Position numbers and translations under genes: made by a program. Below, piece by piece: positions 24,772 to 37,404 of a stretch of DNA of 64,000 nt; position 1 is the first letter of the stretch, and each line of letters begins with the position of its first letter. This DNA comes from Mustelus asterias (lineage: Eukaryota). The DNA lies in NCBI RefSeq assembly GCF_964213995.1, contig NC_135827.1, positions 23,622,001 through 23,686,000 on the forward strand. The letters run 5' to 3'. The notes beneath the pieces are model-generated. The model was not told where the DNA came from and did no database searches. It saw nothing but the letters and a program-made list of their open reading frames with translations.

Positions 24772-26476
24772 CTAAAAACCTGTCCAAATAAAATGTGTAT
24801 GACTAATGGTTCTGAAATCAGTGCTTATATTTGAAAAGTTGATATTAAAGTAAGTTGTGGTGAGCATTATTTTTCAAAGCCATGTATATTTGCATTTTTG
24901 CTCCATGCACTAGTTTCTAGTGTTTTAGAACATGATGCTTGAATAGTAACGTGCATTGTTTTTAAATCTAAAAATGGTGTTTCATTATTGTTGTTGCTGA
25001 AATTTTAAGTTGTGAGATCGATGACATTGCAGTTTTTGAATCCATCCATGTTCCTAGTCTCTGACCCAAGTGCATATTTAGGGGTCAGGCCCCCAGTACT
25101 GTATCTGGTCTTATCAAGTTGCCTATCTCACCCAGGATGGAACTGCACTCTTGGAGGACTTCTGTGGCTTGCATAGTAAATTGTTCTTTTACTCAAAACA
25201 TTTCAAAAAGCGCACTTCTGTAAGTGCAATCACAAACTCTATGAATGATTCCACTAGGCTTGGCAGCCTTGTAGATTTTACCAGCCCATCTGCTGACTTT
25301 GCATTTTTAGTGCTCGCTGTTGCAATATGGCTTTGCTAATATGGATATGTGTATTCAATATCTGACATCACTCTAGAATCAGAACTTGATTAAAGTCGAA
25401 CGGTATTCTTCTAACTCACCTCATCATTTCTGAATGCTAAAAATGGGGATACACCTTTGAGGTTATATCTGTGTATTTTATGCCCATTTCTCTTTCCAGT
25501 GTCTTTGGATGGGTTGTTACTTGTCAGCTTCTTCTACTTGTAAAATTTCCCTTTGTAATCCCTTCAATTTGTCCTCCCTGCATAACCACTCTAGTCACAA
25601 TCAGCAATGACATCCTCTGTGACTGGCCATGGTGTGGTCAGAAATAGGTGAACATGAGTTGGTTCTAAACATATTTTGATACTATTTGCACTTATTGCCC
25701 TTTCTCTGTCCCACGCCCCCACCCAACCAGATTCCACTTTTGTTCAACGTGCATTTGAATTCCTGCTGGATTTGTTTGTTGTAGGTATTTTCCCGTCTTC
25801 TGACTTTGCTGCGTAGGTACTGCTCTTCCATTACGAGATCTGGCATTTGAGCTTTGGTATCTTGCTTTATGTTAGAAGTCAGGAGTGATTGATAAAGAGG
25901 ATATGTGAAAATGACAGTCAGTGTGTTACTGAAATGTCTTCTCACCTAAATTTCCTGTCTAATTTAATCCAGAAGTTACAATAACCAGAAGTGTCAGAAG
26001 GTACTGTGGTTAAATATTACATTTGATGACAGCAAATTTACTTTTTTAATGTGTGGACCACAATTGCACAGTTGGAAACCATTTAAATTCTGAATTCATG
26101 ATGTTGGTAGAATCATACATAATATCAAAAGTAAAATGCATTGAAATTAAGAAATCATTGTTGAATAAGGATATTATGAAAGACGATCATTCATGAAAAT
26201 AAATAGGCAACTATTGCCAAACAAATTTAGTTTTAACTCCCACCAGAGCTGGGATGTTAAATTCAGATTGAAATGTTTTTTTGTTTGCAGCTATTTCCTG
26301 TTTTGTTTGGACTTTGACCTTAATTTCATGTGTTTTGATTGTTTCTAGGTTCTTTAGATTCAGGCCAAGGGATCGTAATTAAGTGTGTACCAGTCAATCT
26401 AATAAATTATCGTGACTAACAAAACAGAGGTCAGAAGTTAAGAATGATAAATATGATATGTGAATATTATTATTAG

Positions 26477-26774
26477 GGTGGCATGGTGGCACAGTGGTTA
26501 GCGCTGCTGCCTCACAGCACCAGGGACTTGGGTTCAATTCCCGGCTTGGGTCACTGTCTGTGCGAAGTCTGCACATTCTCCCCGTGTCTGCGTGGGTTTC
26601 CTCCGGGTGCTCCGGTTTCCTCCCACAGTCCGAAAGACGCGCATTGGCTATGTTAAATTTTTCCTCAGTGTACCCGAACAGGTGTTGGAGTGTGGCGACC
26701 AGAGGATTTTCACTGTAACTACATTGCAGTGTTAAAGTAAGCCTACTTGTGACACGAATAAATAAGCTTTAAAC
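26477..26774 (+). mobile_element. HE1-headed SINE, tail B
   Basis: HE1 head; tail ggattttcactgtaactacattgcagtgttaaagtaagcctacttgtgacacgaataaataa. Confidence 0.9.
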
Positions 26775-27620
26775 TGGTTACTCATAGCTATCTTAACTCT
26801 GATAGTCTGTTGCTACTTTAAGCTTAAAATATTTGCATTCTGTTGAAGAACAAGCAACAATCACATATACTAACTTCTGAAGTCTGAACCTTAATTTATC
26901 AGAGATCTACTTCAAGATGAGCATTCCGTCTTTGAGTGTCAATTGTCCAGATGGATGGTTTTCTTCAGTCACTTGTTTTCATGCAGTTTTAATTCAATAA
27001 AAAGTGGCAAGTAATTGCAAATTTTCCTTTGATTAACTTGTGTTAAATGTATTAGTGATGCAAGATATCATGATTATCATGACATCAGTGATGAGAAAAA
27101 AAATCAAAAGTGCAAAACTGAAACAGAACATCTCCTCCACCAACTCCAGTATGGAATAGCAAAAGACTCAAATGATATGTAGAGATTTCCAGATAATAAT
27201 CTCTGCTCTGGTTTCAGTAATGGTCATAAACCAGTTGAGCTTCATTCTTAACTACACATGATGCCATCTGAACCCTTTTGGTGCAATTGCATGCTTTTGT
27301 AATTGCATGGTTCTACATCTCCTTTTCATGTCAGTTGAACTCCTGTGACATTGCATGTGGTACAGTCTCCAGGTAAAGTGGAACTAGAAGGCAGGGGATG
27401 GTTGAAGCTAGGAATGCAAGTATACTCAGTTCATTTTTTTTAAGACATCAGTTTTTTTGGTATATTTGTAATGCAACAAATTAACTTATTCACTTTTATA
27501 AAGAACACTGACCATATAAATGTGTCATGTTGCAATTATACTAACCTAATATTGGCACTTTGCATAAAGAAATGAACGGTTAAAATTTAAAGTTAATTTA
27601 AATGACTGGTCGAATATTTC

Positions 27621-27732
27621 AGTAAATATGTGGGGACATGGGGATAGGGCCTGGGTGGGATGGTGGTCGGTGCAGACTCGATGGGCCGAATGGCCTCTTT
27701 CTGCACTGTAGGGTTTCTATGATTCTATGATT
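27621..27732 (+). mobile_element. HE1 SINE 3' fragment
   Basis: gggcctgggtgggatggtggtcggtgcagactcgatgggccgaatggcct...ttctatgattctatga. Confidence 0.88.
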
Positions 27733-28102
27733 ACTGCAGGACTGCTTTCCACAACATAACATTTTCATAGTGGGGTTTGTAAGTGCACGGTTTGAATGAC
27801 AGCTCAATGAGCTTATTAAAAGATCAGCTGTTTTGATGTGGGGGTTATTAATACAAATATGTGTTTTTATAAGGGCTAAGCCTTTATTTGAGTGGGCTTT
27901 CAATTGAAAGATAAATATAGTGAAGGCTGTAAATTAGAACTTTTTATCTCATCTCAGCATGGCTCCTGAGGTCTGCCTATGGTGAATATTTGATGAGTTG
28001 GCATGGAAGTTATAAGGGGGAAGGGTAGTGATGAGGACATCATTTGGCATTAAATGGCATAAGGGCTATAAGGGACCATGGATGGGTGGTGACATGAGTT
28101 GG

Positions 28103-28202
28103 CATGTATGGAAATTGGAGTGGGTGAGGGCTAAAGCCTATAGTTTAAGGAAATAACTGACATAGAGCCCCAGGGCACTGAGGTGGGCTGTTAACAAGTC
28201 TG
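28103..28202 (+). repeat. Left arm of a perfect 100-bp inverted duplication
   Basis: Exact reverse complement of 29194-29293 by eye. Confidence 0.92.
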
Positions 28203-29193
28203 TCTTGTTACTCTGGAATCCCTGAGGCTGCTTCCAATTTGCGTCTGGGTTAATGGACCCAACTCCAACCGACCTACACCCACTCAACAGCACTCCCATC
28301 CCCTCCCCAAGCAATGATCATGCCATTTGGGGCATTTTCTTTTCCTGAGATGGGTGCAGATTGCATCACTTTGGGAGCAGAAATTCAGGTCTTTGTCTTT
28401 TGTATTGTTTTGACCAATAGTAAACCTTGATTATTTTCAAAAACTACAAATTAATGTTAAATAATGTTTTTCATTCTATTCTGAAAGTAAATGTTCCAGT
28501 CTGCACTATTCCAAATAGAAATTGTTCACATTTTTACTCAAGTTGTTAAAAACCTGTAAAAGTTTTCACAAAAGGCAAACCAAAAACTAAATAAACAAAA
28601 GAAAGCCTCTTTAAAATTGCATCCCTGCTCAATGAGGTCTCGTAGAAAACATCCCTGCACTGAATTGATGGATTATAAAGCACATTACATTTTTAAGCAA
28701 ATTCCAATGTATATTCATGGAGGTCATTCGCTGTGAAAATCTTATCCAAAAACACTAGAATACAGAAGATAAGAATGTGGTTATTATTATACACAAGGGA
28801 ATTGCTGCTTATATAAGGAACATGGAGTGAGTCTATTGATGGCTCTGTAAGTAAGCCTGTTAATGCAAAAATAGAGATTGGGATGAATATTTAACTCGGG
28901 TAGTGTTTCGCTAGCTGTGTGCGTCTGTGCCAATGTTTTTGTTAGAATTGTTAATATATAAGGCAAAAATTACTAAAAATTAAAAATTACTTTTCCATTT
29001 TCATTGTGTTAATACGTGAAATCATGTAAGGAATTTGCAAAAAATGGCCAGTGCAGTGGTTGCTTTCATCCTCCATCCTTGTATATTCCATTTGGGTTCA
29101 GACAAAAGGAAGTACTTGTATTGTTTTTGTAAACTCAAGATCTCCCAAGGTAACCAGTTGGGTATTTTTTTTTGAAGGATCGCCACTGTTGTG

Positions 29194-29293
29194 CAGACTT
29201 GTTAACAGCCCACCTCAGTGCCCTGGGGCTCTATGTCAGTTATTTCCTTAAACTATAGGCTTTAGCCCTCACCCACTCCAATTTCCATACATG
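29194..29293 (-). repeat. Right arm of a perfect 100-bp inverted duplication
   Basis: Exact reverse complement of 28103-28202 by eye. Confidence 0.92.
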
Positions 29294-29339
29294 TAGACAA
29301 TAAACTTTAAAAGAAATCAATGGGATAAATAAGCAGAAA

Positions 29340-29750
29340 TCTGATTGTTGTGATGTTGCTTGAGGAGTGAATGTTGGCTAGGACCCCAGGAGAACGGAAA
29401 CAGAAAACATGCTGGAAATACTCAATGGGTTGGGCAGCACCGTGGGGGAAAGAAGTTGAGCTAATGCTTCAGGTCGATAACCTTTCATTTGACACATTTC
29501 CAGCATTTTCTGTTTTTGTTCTTAGACATATTTTGCCTTCTCTCTTGGGGAACTGATTTGCTGTTCTTTGGGCAGTGCCAGAGAGGGCATATGGTGCCTT
29601 GGTTTAATGTCTCATCTAAGTGACAGCACCTCTGACAAAGTTGCATCAGTAACTGCATTGAAATATCAACATAGCTTCTGTGTTCAAATTTCTAAAATGG
29701 GGCTTGAACATATGACTTTCTGATTAAGACCAAAGTGTCATGGTTAACAC
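29340..29750 (-). mobile_element. Old Deu-domain SINE (SacSINE1/AmnSINE1-like) remnant with a nested degenerate PLE piece at ~29395-29525
   Basis: gagagggca..tgg.gccttggtttaatgtctcatct....gacagcacctctgaca...ggggcttgaac...gactttctga matches the reverse complement of the recalled Deu-domain/tRNA head consensus. Confidence 0.6.
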
Positions 29751-29810
29751 TTTGTCAACATGTGAAAAAGTAAAAGCAAAGAGGGAATATTTCCAACCAT
29801 AGCACTCTAG

Positions 29811-30128
29811 AGCGGCACGGTGGTGCAGTGGTTCGCACTGCTGCCTCACAGCGTTAGGGACCCGGGTTCAATTCCGGCCTCGGGTCACTGTCTGTGTGGA
29901 GTTTCCACCTTCTTCTTGTGTCAGCATGGGCTTACTCCGGGTGCCCCGGTTTCCTCCCACACTCCAAAGATGTGCGGGTTAGATGGATTGGCCATGCTAA
30001 ATTGACCCCAGTGTCAGGGGATTAACAGGGTAAATATGTTGGGTTACGGGAATGGGGCCTGGGTGGGATTGTTGTCAGCGCAGACTCGATGGGCCGAATG
30101 GCCTCTTTCTGCACTGTAGGGTTTCTAG
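29811..30128 (+). mobile_element. HE1-type SINE
   Basis: Full head GCGGCACGGTGGTGCAGTGG...GGTTCAATTCC, body and tail. Confidence 0.92.
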
Positions 30129-30140
30129 GAAGTTCAGGAT

Positions 30141-30404
30141 TTAGAACATAGAACATAGAACAGTACAGCACAGAACAAGCCCTTCGGCCCACGATGTTGT
30201 GCCGAGCTTTATCTGAAACCAAGATCAAGCTATCCCACTCCCTATCATCCTGGTGTGCTCCATGTGCCTATCCAATAACCGCTTAAATGTTCCTAAAGTG
30301 TCTGACTCCACTATCACTGCAGGCAGTCCATTCCACACCCCAACCACTCTCTGCGTAAAGAACCTACCTCTGATATCCTTCCTGTATCTCCCACCACGAA
30401 CCCT
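30141..30404 (-). mobile_element. CR1 LINE 3' end
   Basis: (agaacat)n tail, cttcggccc, and the reverse complement of RFFTQRVVGVWNGLP; homologous to 59531-59780. Confidence 0.88.
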
Positions 30405-30484
30405 GTTGAACTTGATAATTAGCCATGGTCATAATGAACGAAGGGCAGAATGGCCTGCTCTAGCTTCTAGTTTCTATGTTTCTA
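30405..30484 (+). mobile_element. CR1 3'UTR tail fragment
   Basis: agccatggtcataatgaa..gaagggcagaatggcctgctc...tttctatgtttcta. Confidence 0.7.
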
Positions 30485-30934
30485 ACAACATCCAACTTTA
30501 TAAAGCATTATTACAACATTTACATAATTTTCAAGCTGCATTGGGTGATGATGAAGGTTCTCAGCAGCCTTTTCTCTCAAGACCAGAACATTTTAATAAC
30601 AGCAAGTCCTGAACAATTGCACCAGAGAAAAAAAACACTTCCTCTTCCTAATGGCTAACATTTTAAAAGAAAATGTGGAAACTGATTTGGTGCATTAACC
30701 GCAGTCAGGTCTGCCTGCGTGGTTGTAATCCGAAACGTTCAGCAAATTGGGCAGGTCACATTGAGAACACTGGAGTTTAGATCCCAATCTTGACTTGTGT
30801 TTTGAACTCTCTTCCTTCAGCATGCCAACTTGTCTCTCATCGAGGACGGGGAAGTAATAAGGGAAGTAATTGTCATGAAACACTTGTTTTCTCAACAGGA
30901 ACAAAAACCTAGTAGGACCAATCCAGCCCTAAAC

Positions 30935-31261
30935 TCATAGAATTCCTGCAGTGCAGAAGGAGGCCATTCAGCCCATCGAGTCTGTGCCGACAACAATCCC
31001 ACCCAGGCTCTATCCCCGTATTTACCCTATGTATTTACCCTGCTAATTCCCCTGACACTAAGGGGCAATTTAGCATGGGCGGTCAACCTAACCTGCACAT
31101 CTTTGGACTGTGGGAAGAAACCGGAGCACACAGAGGAAACCCACGCAGACACGGGGAGGACGTGCAAACTGCACACCGACGGGTACCAGAGGCCAGAATT
31201 GAACGCGGGTCCCTGGCACTATGATGCAGCAGTGCTAACCACTGCGCCACCGTGCCGCCCA
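30935..31261 (-). mobile_element. HE1-type SINE, full length
   Basis: Ends accactgcgccaccgtgccgccc (reverse-complement head). Confidence 0.92.
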
Positions 31262-32565
31262 CTGTAAAAGATAGTCCTTCCAGTGAACTACACGGCGCAT
31301 GCAACCTTTTCAACTAACGGAGGAAGTGCGACGGCAGTAGTGCGAATCTAAAAACGAAGGGACTTTTAAAAATAAAGCATATATATGAAAAATTGAAACA
31401 CCTCGAAGTTTCAAACTAGGTCAGCATTGAAATCCATTCCAGAGAACTTATTAAATCATGAACCTTACTCATGGTTCTGCAACTTCAGATATTGGCAGGT
31501 GAAAATTGCACGCTTAGTTCAAAGGCAACGTATCATCCTTCAGGCAATGGACTTATTTTAGCAAATCAGTTACGTTAAAATAAAATGTAACCATTCCTGC
31601 ATAGAATATTCTTATCCCTCTTCAGGTGGAGCAATAATAAAACTTCCATGAGTTCAGAATAACATGGCCAAAGGGTGTTTTTGAAATATATAAGTATTGT
31701 TATATGATTCCTTTGATTGTGATGGGCCAGGAATTGCGTCAGGAATTCGATTCAATTGCATGTTACCTGCACTGTTTTATTCCCTGGAAATGTTCAATGC
31801 TTTTCAAAGCATTGTTTAATCTTAGTGCTGCCTGTGCTTTTTATTTTGCATCCTATTGTTTGTGAAGTGTGTAATGGTGGACTATTCTTTTGACAAAGCA
31901 AAATTAATGATGCAATCTCAATTCCGTGTTCGTGTAATAAATATATTGAATATCCTATAAAGCAATTCACATTTACGGGCACTTTTATATTTGAATATAG
32001 TAAGGTGCACATAAACTAACATTGGCTTAATTTTCCCTGAATATTTCCCAAGATTTCCTTGCATTTATGAATCAGACAAGCGCTTGCTAACACAGGCAGG
32101 CTTTGGCGTGGGTATCTGAACACAAAGGGGCAGCTGTTGTGCTTCGTTTTTATCCTTTGTCCTACTCGACTCTGAAGTCCGCAGTGACGGTTGGATAGGA
32201 GCAGTATATCAGTCTTTTCACTGCAGATGGACAAAAGGAGCAATCTTGCTCATGAAATTTATTTTTTTTCTCTCACCTTCAAAGAATTTTTGGGGAGCCA
32301 AACTTCTTAATGCTGCACCGTGGCCAGGACTGTTGGACAGCTGCAGTATGGCATCAGAAAACTAACAATGTTTTTTAAAAATTCTAAAATTCATTACCCC
32401 TTTACTGTACAATACGCACATCAGTTGCAGATGATAGAACTGTTAGATTGGCTAAATGATGTCTCCCATTATGACCTGTTTTACTAAACTCAAACAAACG
32501 GGTTCTTCTTGGATAATTCTGAATTTTGGGATACAGATTTGCTCATTGTGTGCAACATGTTCAGA

Positions 32566-32885
32566 TGGTGGCACAGTGATTAGCACTGCTGCCTCACAGC
32601 GCAGGGTTCAATTCCAGCCTTGGGTGACTGTCTGCTTGGAGTTTGCATGTTCTCCCCATGTCTGCGTGGGTTTCCTCCGGGTGCTCCTGTTTCCTTCCAC
32701 GCTCCAGAGATGCGCAGGTTAGGTGGATTGGCCATGCTAAATTGTCCCTTGGTGTCCGGGCGGCGAGCAGGGTAAATATGGGGAGTTACGGGGATAAGGG
32801 TGGGTAGGGCCTGGGTGGGATTGTTGTAGGTGCAGGCTTGTTGGGCCGAATGGCCTCCTTCTGCAATGTAGCGATTCTATGATTA
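32566..32885 (+). mobile_element. HE1-type SINE
   Basis: Head ggtggcacagtgattagcactgctgcctcacagc, body, tail gggccgaatggcctccttctgca. Confidence 0.9.
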
Positions 32886-33359
32886 GATTTGATGTACAAT
32901 TAGCTACAGCATATTACATGCCATGTTTGTTGGGTAAATATTGAAGTAGGTCAAAAGTATATTTTGGTAAAATCTCGAATCTACGGGCTCAGTTTTGGAG
33001 GTTATATGTAAACCTAAAGTTTAATTGCATTTACAGTATCTTTTTGGATGGTTGACTTGAGTCAGATGGAAAATATTGTATTGGACATTATAATATATCA
33101 CTTAGGACAATGCAGTCTAATTTGCCAAAGAAATATCTGTGTCTCCAGATGTAGCTCCTCCTCTACTGATCTACCTTCTCTCGTTCCTTCTAAACATCTT
33201 GGCCTATAATTCTGTCCTGGGTGCCCACTGGAATTAATACCTATGTTGAGGGTGGAACCTCTTCCTACACCTCCAGACAAAGGGTAGAATGGGAAAGCAT
33301 GGGGAAATGAGTTTTCTTGTGTGTAAAAATCCCATGCACCATTGTCCATGACTGACTAT

Positions 33360-34115
33360 GGTGGAAATCTCTTATCTGGGACTGAGTCCCATGGCGGGGG
33401 GGCAGGAACATGGAGTGTTTCCTGCTGCTCAGGCTGGTGGGAAATCACATAAGGTCTTCCAGCCCTGCCCTCATTAATTATGCAGCCAAAGGTTCTGCGC
33501 TGTATTCTGTGGTGGCGCGGGCATGATAGCGGTAGTCTCACCATCATATCTGGGTGCAATTTGGAAAAGGTGCCCAACATCACTGACCCAACATTGAAGA
33601 GAGAAGATGGACCTCTTGACAGGGGAGGGGGTGGGGAGATGGACCTCCAGGAAACACTCTGAGGTTAGCAGTTAGAGCTCCTCATGACAATGAATCAGGA
33701 ATAACCACCTATAAATTCAGCCCCCCCCCCCCCCAACTGCTGTGGTGTTCCAGAGTTGCTGGTGACCTCCATCCCGAACTCCGGAGACAGCCCCCCACAT
33801 ATTTGGGTGAGTCCTGATTTCTGCATGCCACACTGTTCCTGCTGTGTTTTTCCTCTGGCGTCACGGAGAACCTGGAGTGGAGGTAGATTCTGGTTGGACC
33901 TTCATCTGCATCCCATTTCGGGGTGCAAATCAGTTTCGCATCGGCCTTGAGTGGGCTTCCTGATCCGCTGTGCACCAGCAGGAGGTACCTAGAAAGTTCA
34001 CACCGGCACTGAACTGATTTTTGGACTCCTTCTTGCTTCCCCCTCCCCAGGCATTGAACCCACCGGCAGGCCATGGGAGAATTCCATTGGCAGAATTATC
34101 AGTGGTCAAATCACG
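33360..34115. mobile_element. Decayed GC-rich Harbinger-like non-autonomous element
   Basis: GC-rich block starting ggtggaaatctc, with composition like 37405-38426. Ends are poorly defined. Confidence 0.35.
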
Positions 34116-35649
34116 CATACACCCCTGACCACAGTTTGGTTGTGGGGTCCACTGGGGATTTGGACTAGCAGTGAAGCTGGGGCTCCCTGGAAAAATAAAA
34201 GATGCTTTTTCAACTAAAGTATAATCTACATTTACAACATTCTAAAGGGACTTATGGGGGAAGCTACCTGTTCTTCCCCCTCCAGGCTAAGCCTGCCTTG
34301 CTATTGTTGTAGAGCGTCCCTAATAATGCACGTGGTACCATACAAACTCAAAGTAGGGAAAGTCTGCAAGTTGCTGGCAACCAGAATACTGGTGCCCACC
34401 CCAGGTGTTTCCACATAGTCATGTCTCGAAGTTCATGGGGGTCACCAAACCAAACTTAAACTACTTAAAAGGCCAATTAGAATCTCAGCATATTAAAATA
34501 ATCGATACTAGCGTTTATTTTATGGAAATGATAGAGAGACATACTGGCAGTTTTGTTACAGTGGATGTTAGTTGCCAGGATCCTGCACGCATGGTGAATG
34601 ATACCAACACGAGTGGTGGTGATATAATTGCTGTATTTTTATTAGTTCATAATCAACAGTTGATGATCACTTAATAACTGTGAATGGGTTAAAGTGACTA
34701 ACGCCAGTCCTGTTTCTTGTTTTGGTGATGTCATGCCTGGATTGAGTTACAGATGTAATTGATTTTATGGTTAGAGTGGCTATTCCTGTGGGTTTGGTGT
34801 TTGAATACAAAACCAGGCCATGTATCTCATGCTAAAATCAGCTGGACACCCCCACTTTCATTCCAGCATAAAATATATTGGAATGTAATCCTTAGCAACA
34901 CAACTCAGTAGTTACAGTTTAAGAATTTATGGTGCCTTATTTGTTGCACTCATAAGAGTCCAGGCAGCTTAAATTATACACATTCACCTGATCGATTGGT
35001 TCACTTATTTAGAATAGTCTATTCACTGATGCATATTTAATTAGATATGACCAAAGCACTGAAAACTAGTGGCTTCATATTTACTAGTGTCTTATCACAG
35101 TCATTATTTGCCAGTTCTACAATAAAACGATGAAAAGGGAGATGACCGTAAGCATAGTATAAATGTGCTAGAACACTAGATCAGTAGATATTGAGTTTTA
35201 CTTCTGTTTTGATAAATATCTTATGAATTTAAAAATCAATATCAATAGTCTTATTTATTATTCTCCTTATAATTCATGTTTGTAGTCTCTTTCCTGTTAC
35301 GCATTGCTTATTGAAATGGATCCAGTGTCTCTGGTAATGTGAAATTGCTCTTTGGATATTGTCGAAGTGTCATTTGGAATGTGGCTTACAACAGCTGATT
35401 CTGTGCAATGTGAGAGAAATGTTACTATTATTGAACTGTTGCACTTCATTGTTGTAATTCTTGTTGACATAAGAGGGCATGAAGTATCAGTGCAAACAGA
35501 AATGTGTTGTATTCTGTAGCAGAGACCAGAAATTCTCGCTCCCTCCCTCATTGGGCAGGTAGAAATCCTGGCCTAGCCAGGCCCCCATCTCTTGGAGATG
35601 ACATGAATGCCACTCCTTTGGCCCTGATATTTTATATACATGAAAGAAT

Positions 35650-35762
35650 GGCCAGAACTCTACCACTTTCGCCCGTCACGGAATTGGAGCGGGTGAGGGT
35701 CCGACAACAGAAATCCCCATTGACCTCGGGCGGGAATTTCCCGAGACCGTAAAATCCCACCC
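35650..35762. mobile_element. ~113-bp MITE (Harbinger-like), TSD AAT
   Basis: aat|ggccagaactctacc ... cgtaaaatcccaccc|aat; the core ttgacctcgggcgggaatttcc is shared with 55766-55892 and (reverse complement) 48707-48833. Confidence 0.75.
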
Positions 35763-37034
35763 AATGGGTCAGGATTAACCGATGACTCTTGTATTGAAGA
35801 AGGGTTGGAATTGGTGTATCCCAAGGCAGGGATTGTTGATAGGTGTACTTTTTCAATATAGAAATCTGCTGGTGGTGCAAAAGTAGGAATGTGGGCATAC
35901 AGCAAGGAGGACGATTGTTTGAAAACTTCAGATGTAATAAAGGTTAGCAGAGTAGATAGATAAGTGGTAGTGCCAATTTAATGCACTGAAGTATGATGTA
36001 ATTAAGCTTGGAAAGAAAAGTGTGGAATGGACTTGTAACCTCAATGGAAAAGTGCTGCAGATTGGGGAGGGATGGAAAGATTTGAAATGTAAAGCCATCA
36101 ACATCAGACCATCTATGAAATAGATTAAAGTCTCTCGTGCTTGTAGCTAACAATGTTTCCAGAACTTGTACATTGTCGTTCTTAAGAGTAGACGCAGATG
36201 AGCTGGTTGCCTCACTTTGGTCTGGGAGGATAGCGTTAGCTTTTGAAAATGAATCTCCATTGGTGGAGATGATCAGCCAGACCAGCAGAAAAAAATTCAA
36301 GTGCAAGTTGCATTCAGCGCGGATTGAGTTACCTTGATCTTTTCAGCTGATTTTTGAAAAAATAACTGCATTGGAAACTGGTCCTACCCGCAAAAACTGG
36401 CCACTCCCTTGATCGGATTAATTGCTATAGCGATATGTTTGTTGATTGCACCTGTTCTTAAGGAGTCTTTTAAAAGCAGCCTTTTTAAGTGCAATGACAC
36501 TAATGTACACCTTAAAATTAAAATATTTAATTTTCTAAAACTATTGTATTAGCTATGCACGAAGTGTTTTGAAACACAACAAGGCAACTTAAACAAAAGG
36601 AAAGTAGTGCAGGTGCTGTAAGATCTGAAATAAAAATAGAAAATGGTAGAACCACAGCATATCGGGCATGTTAATTGCCTTTGAAAAGGAAAGGCAATTT
36701 TAAAGATCCAATTTTTAAATTAAGATTATTGTAAGCAAATGCAGCACCTGATTTTCTGATATACCTTGTAATATAAACCATGTGACATCAATATCCATTA
36801 TATCAATCTTTGAAACGATCTGAAATCTACCACTACTATGGTGACATAAATACAGTAACGAAGCTACCTCTTTCATTTAGTTCTTCAATTCTGGTGTTCT
36901 CTTATTCTTCTGTGTATGAAGGATTTGGCTTCTGCCTCTGCCTCTCTAATTTGTGACACTGTTCCAAGTTTGTCTCCTTGGTTACCGCTTCTCATAGGCC
37001 ATAGTGAACTGTCAGTCTTAAAATCACAGGTCTT

Positions 37035-37228
37035 CCCAAAGATGTGTGGGTTAGGTGGATTGGCCATGCTAAATTGTCCCTCAGTGTCCAAGGATGTGTA
37101 GGTTAGGTGGATTAGTGGGGTAAATGCATGGAGTTACGGAATAGGGTGTGGGGTGGGCCCGGAGAAGATGTTCTGTTGGAGAGTTGGTGCAGATTTGATG
37201 GGCCGAATGCACTGTGGGGATTCTATGA
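37035..37228 (+). mobile_element. HE1 SINE 3' half
   Basis: cccaaagatgtgtgggttaggtggattggccatgctaaattgtccc ... gatgggccgaatg..ctgtgggattctatga. Confidence 0.82.
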
Positions 37229-37404
37229 AATTATCCCGTGGCAGAAATTCGGTAATCAAAGGTCACCGATTTTAAAGTGATGCCAAAAGAACTTGTGAAT
37301 GTTGTGGATTATGTTGACGACATTGGAGATTATTACTTGTGCATTCTATTGTCTCAGTAAAGCTGGTTCTGTGCTAAATTTAAATTTTGACAGTTTGGTC
37401 TAAT

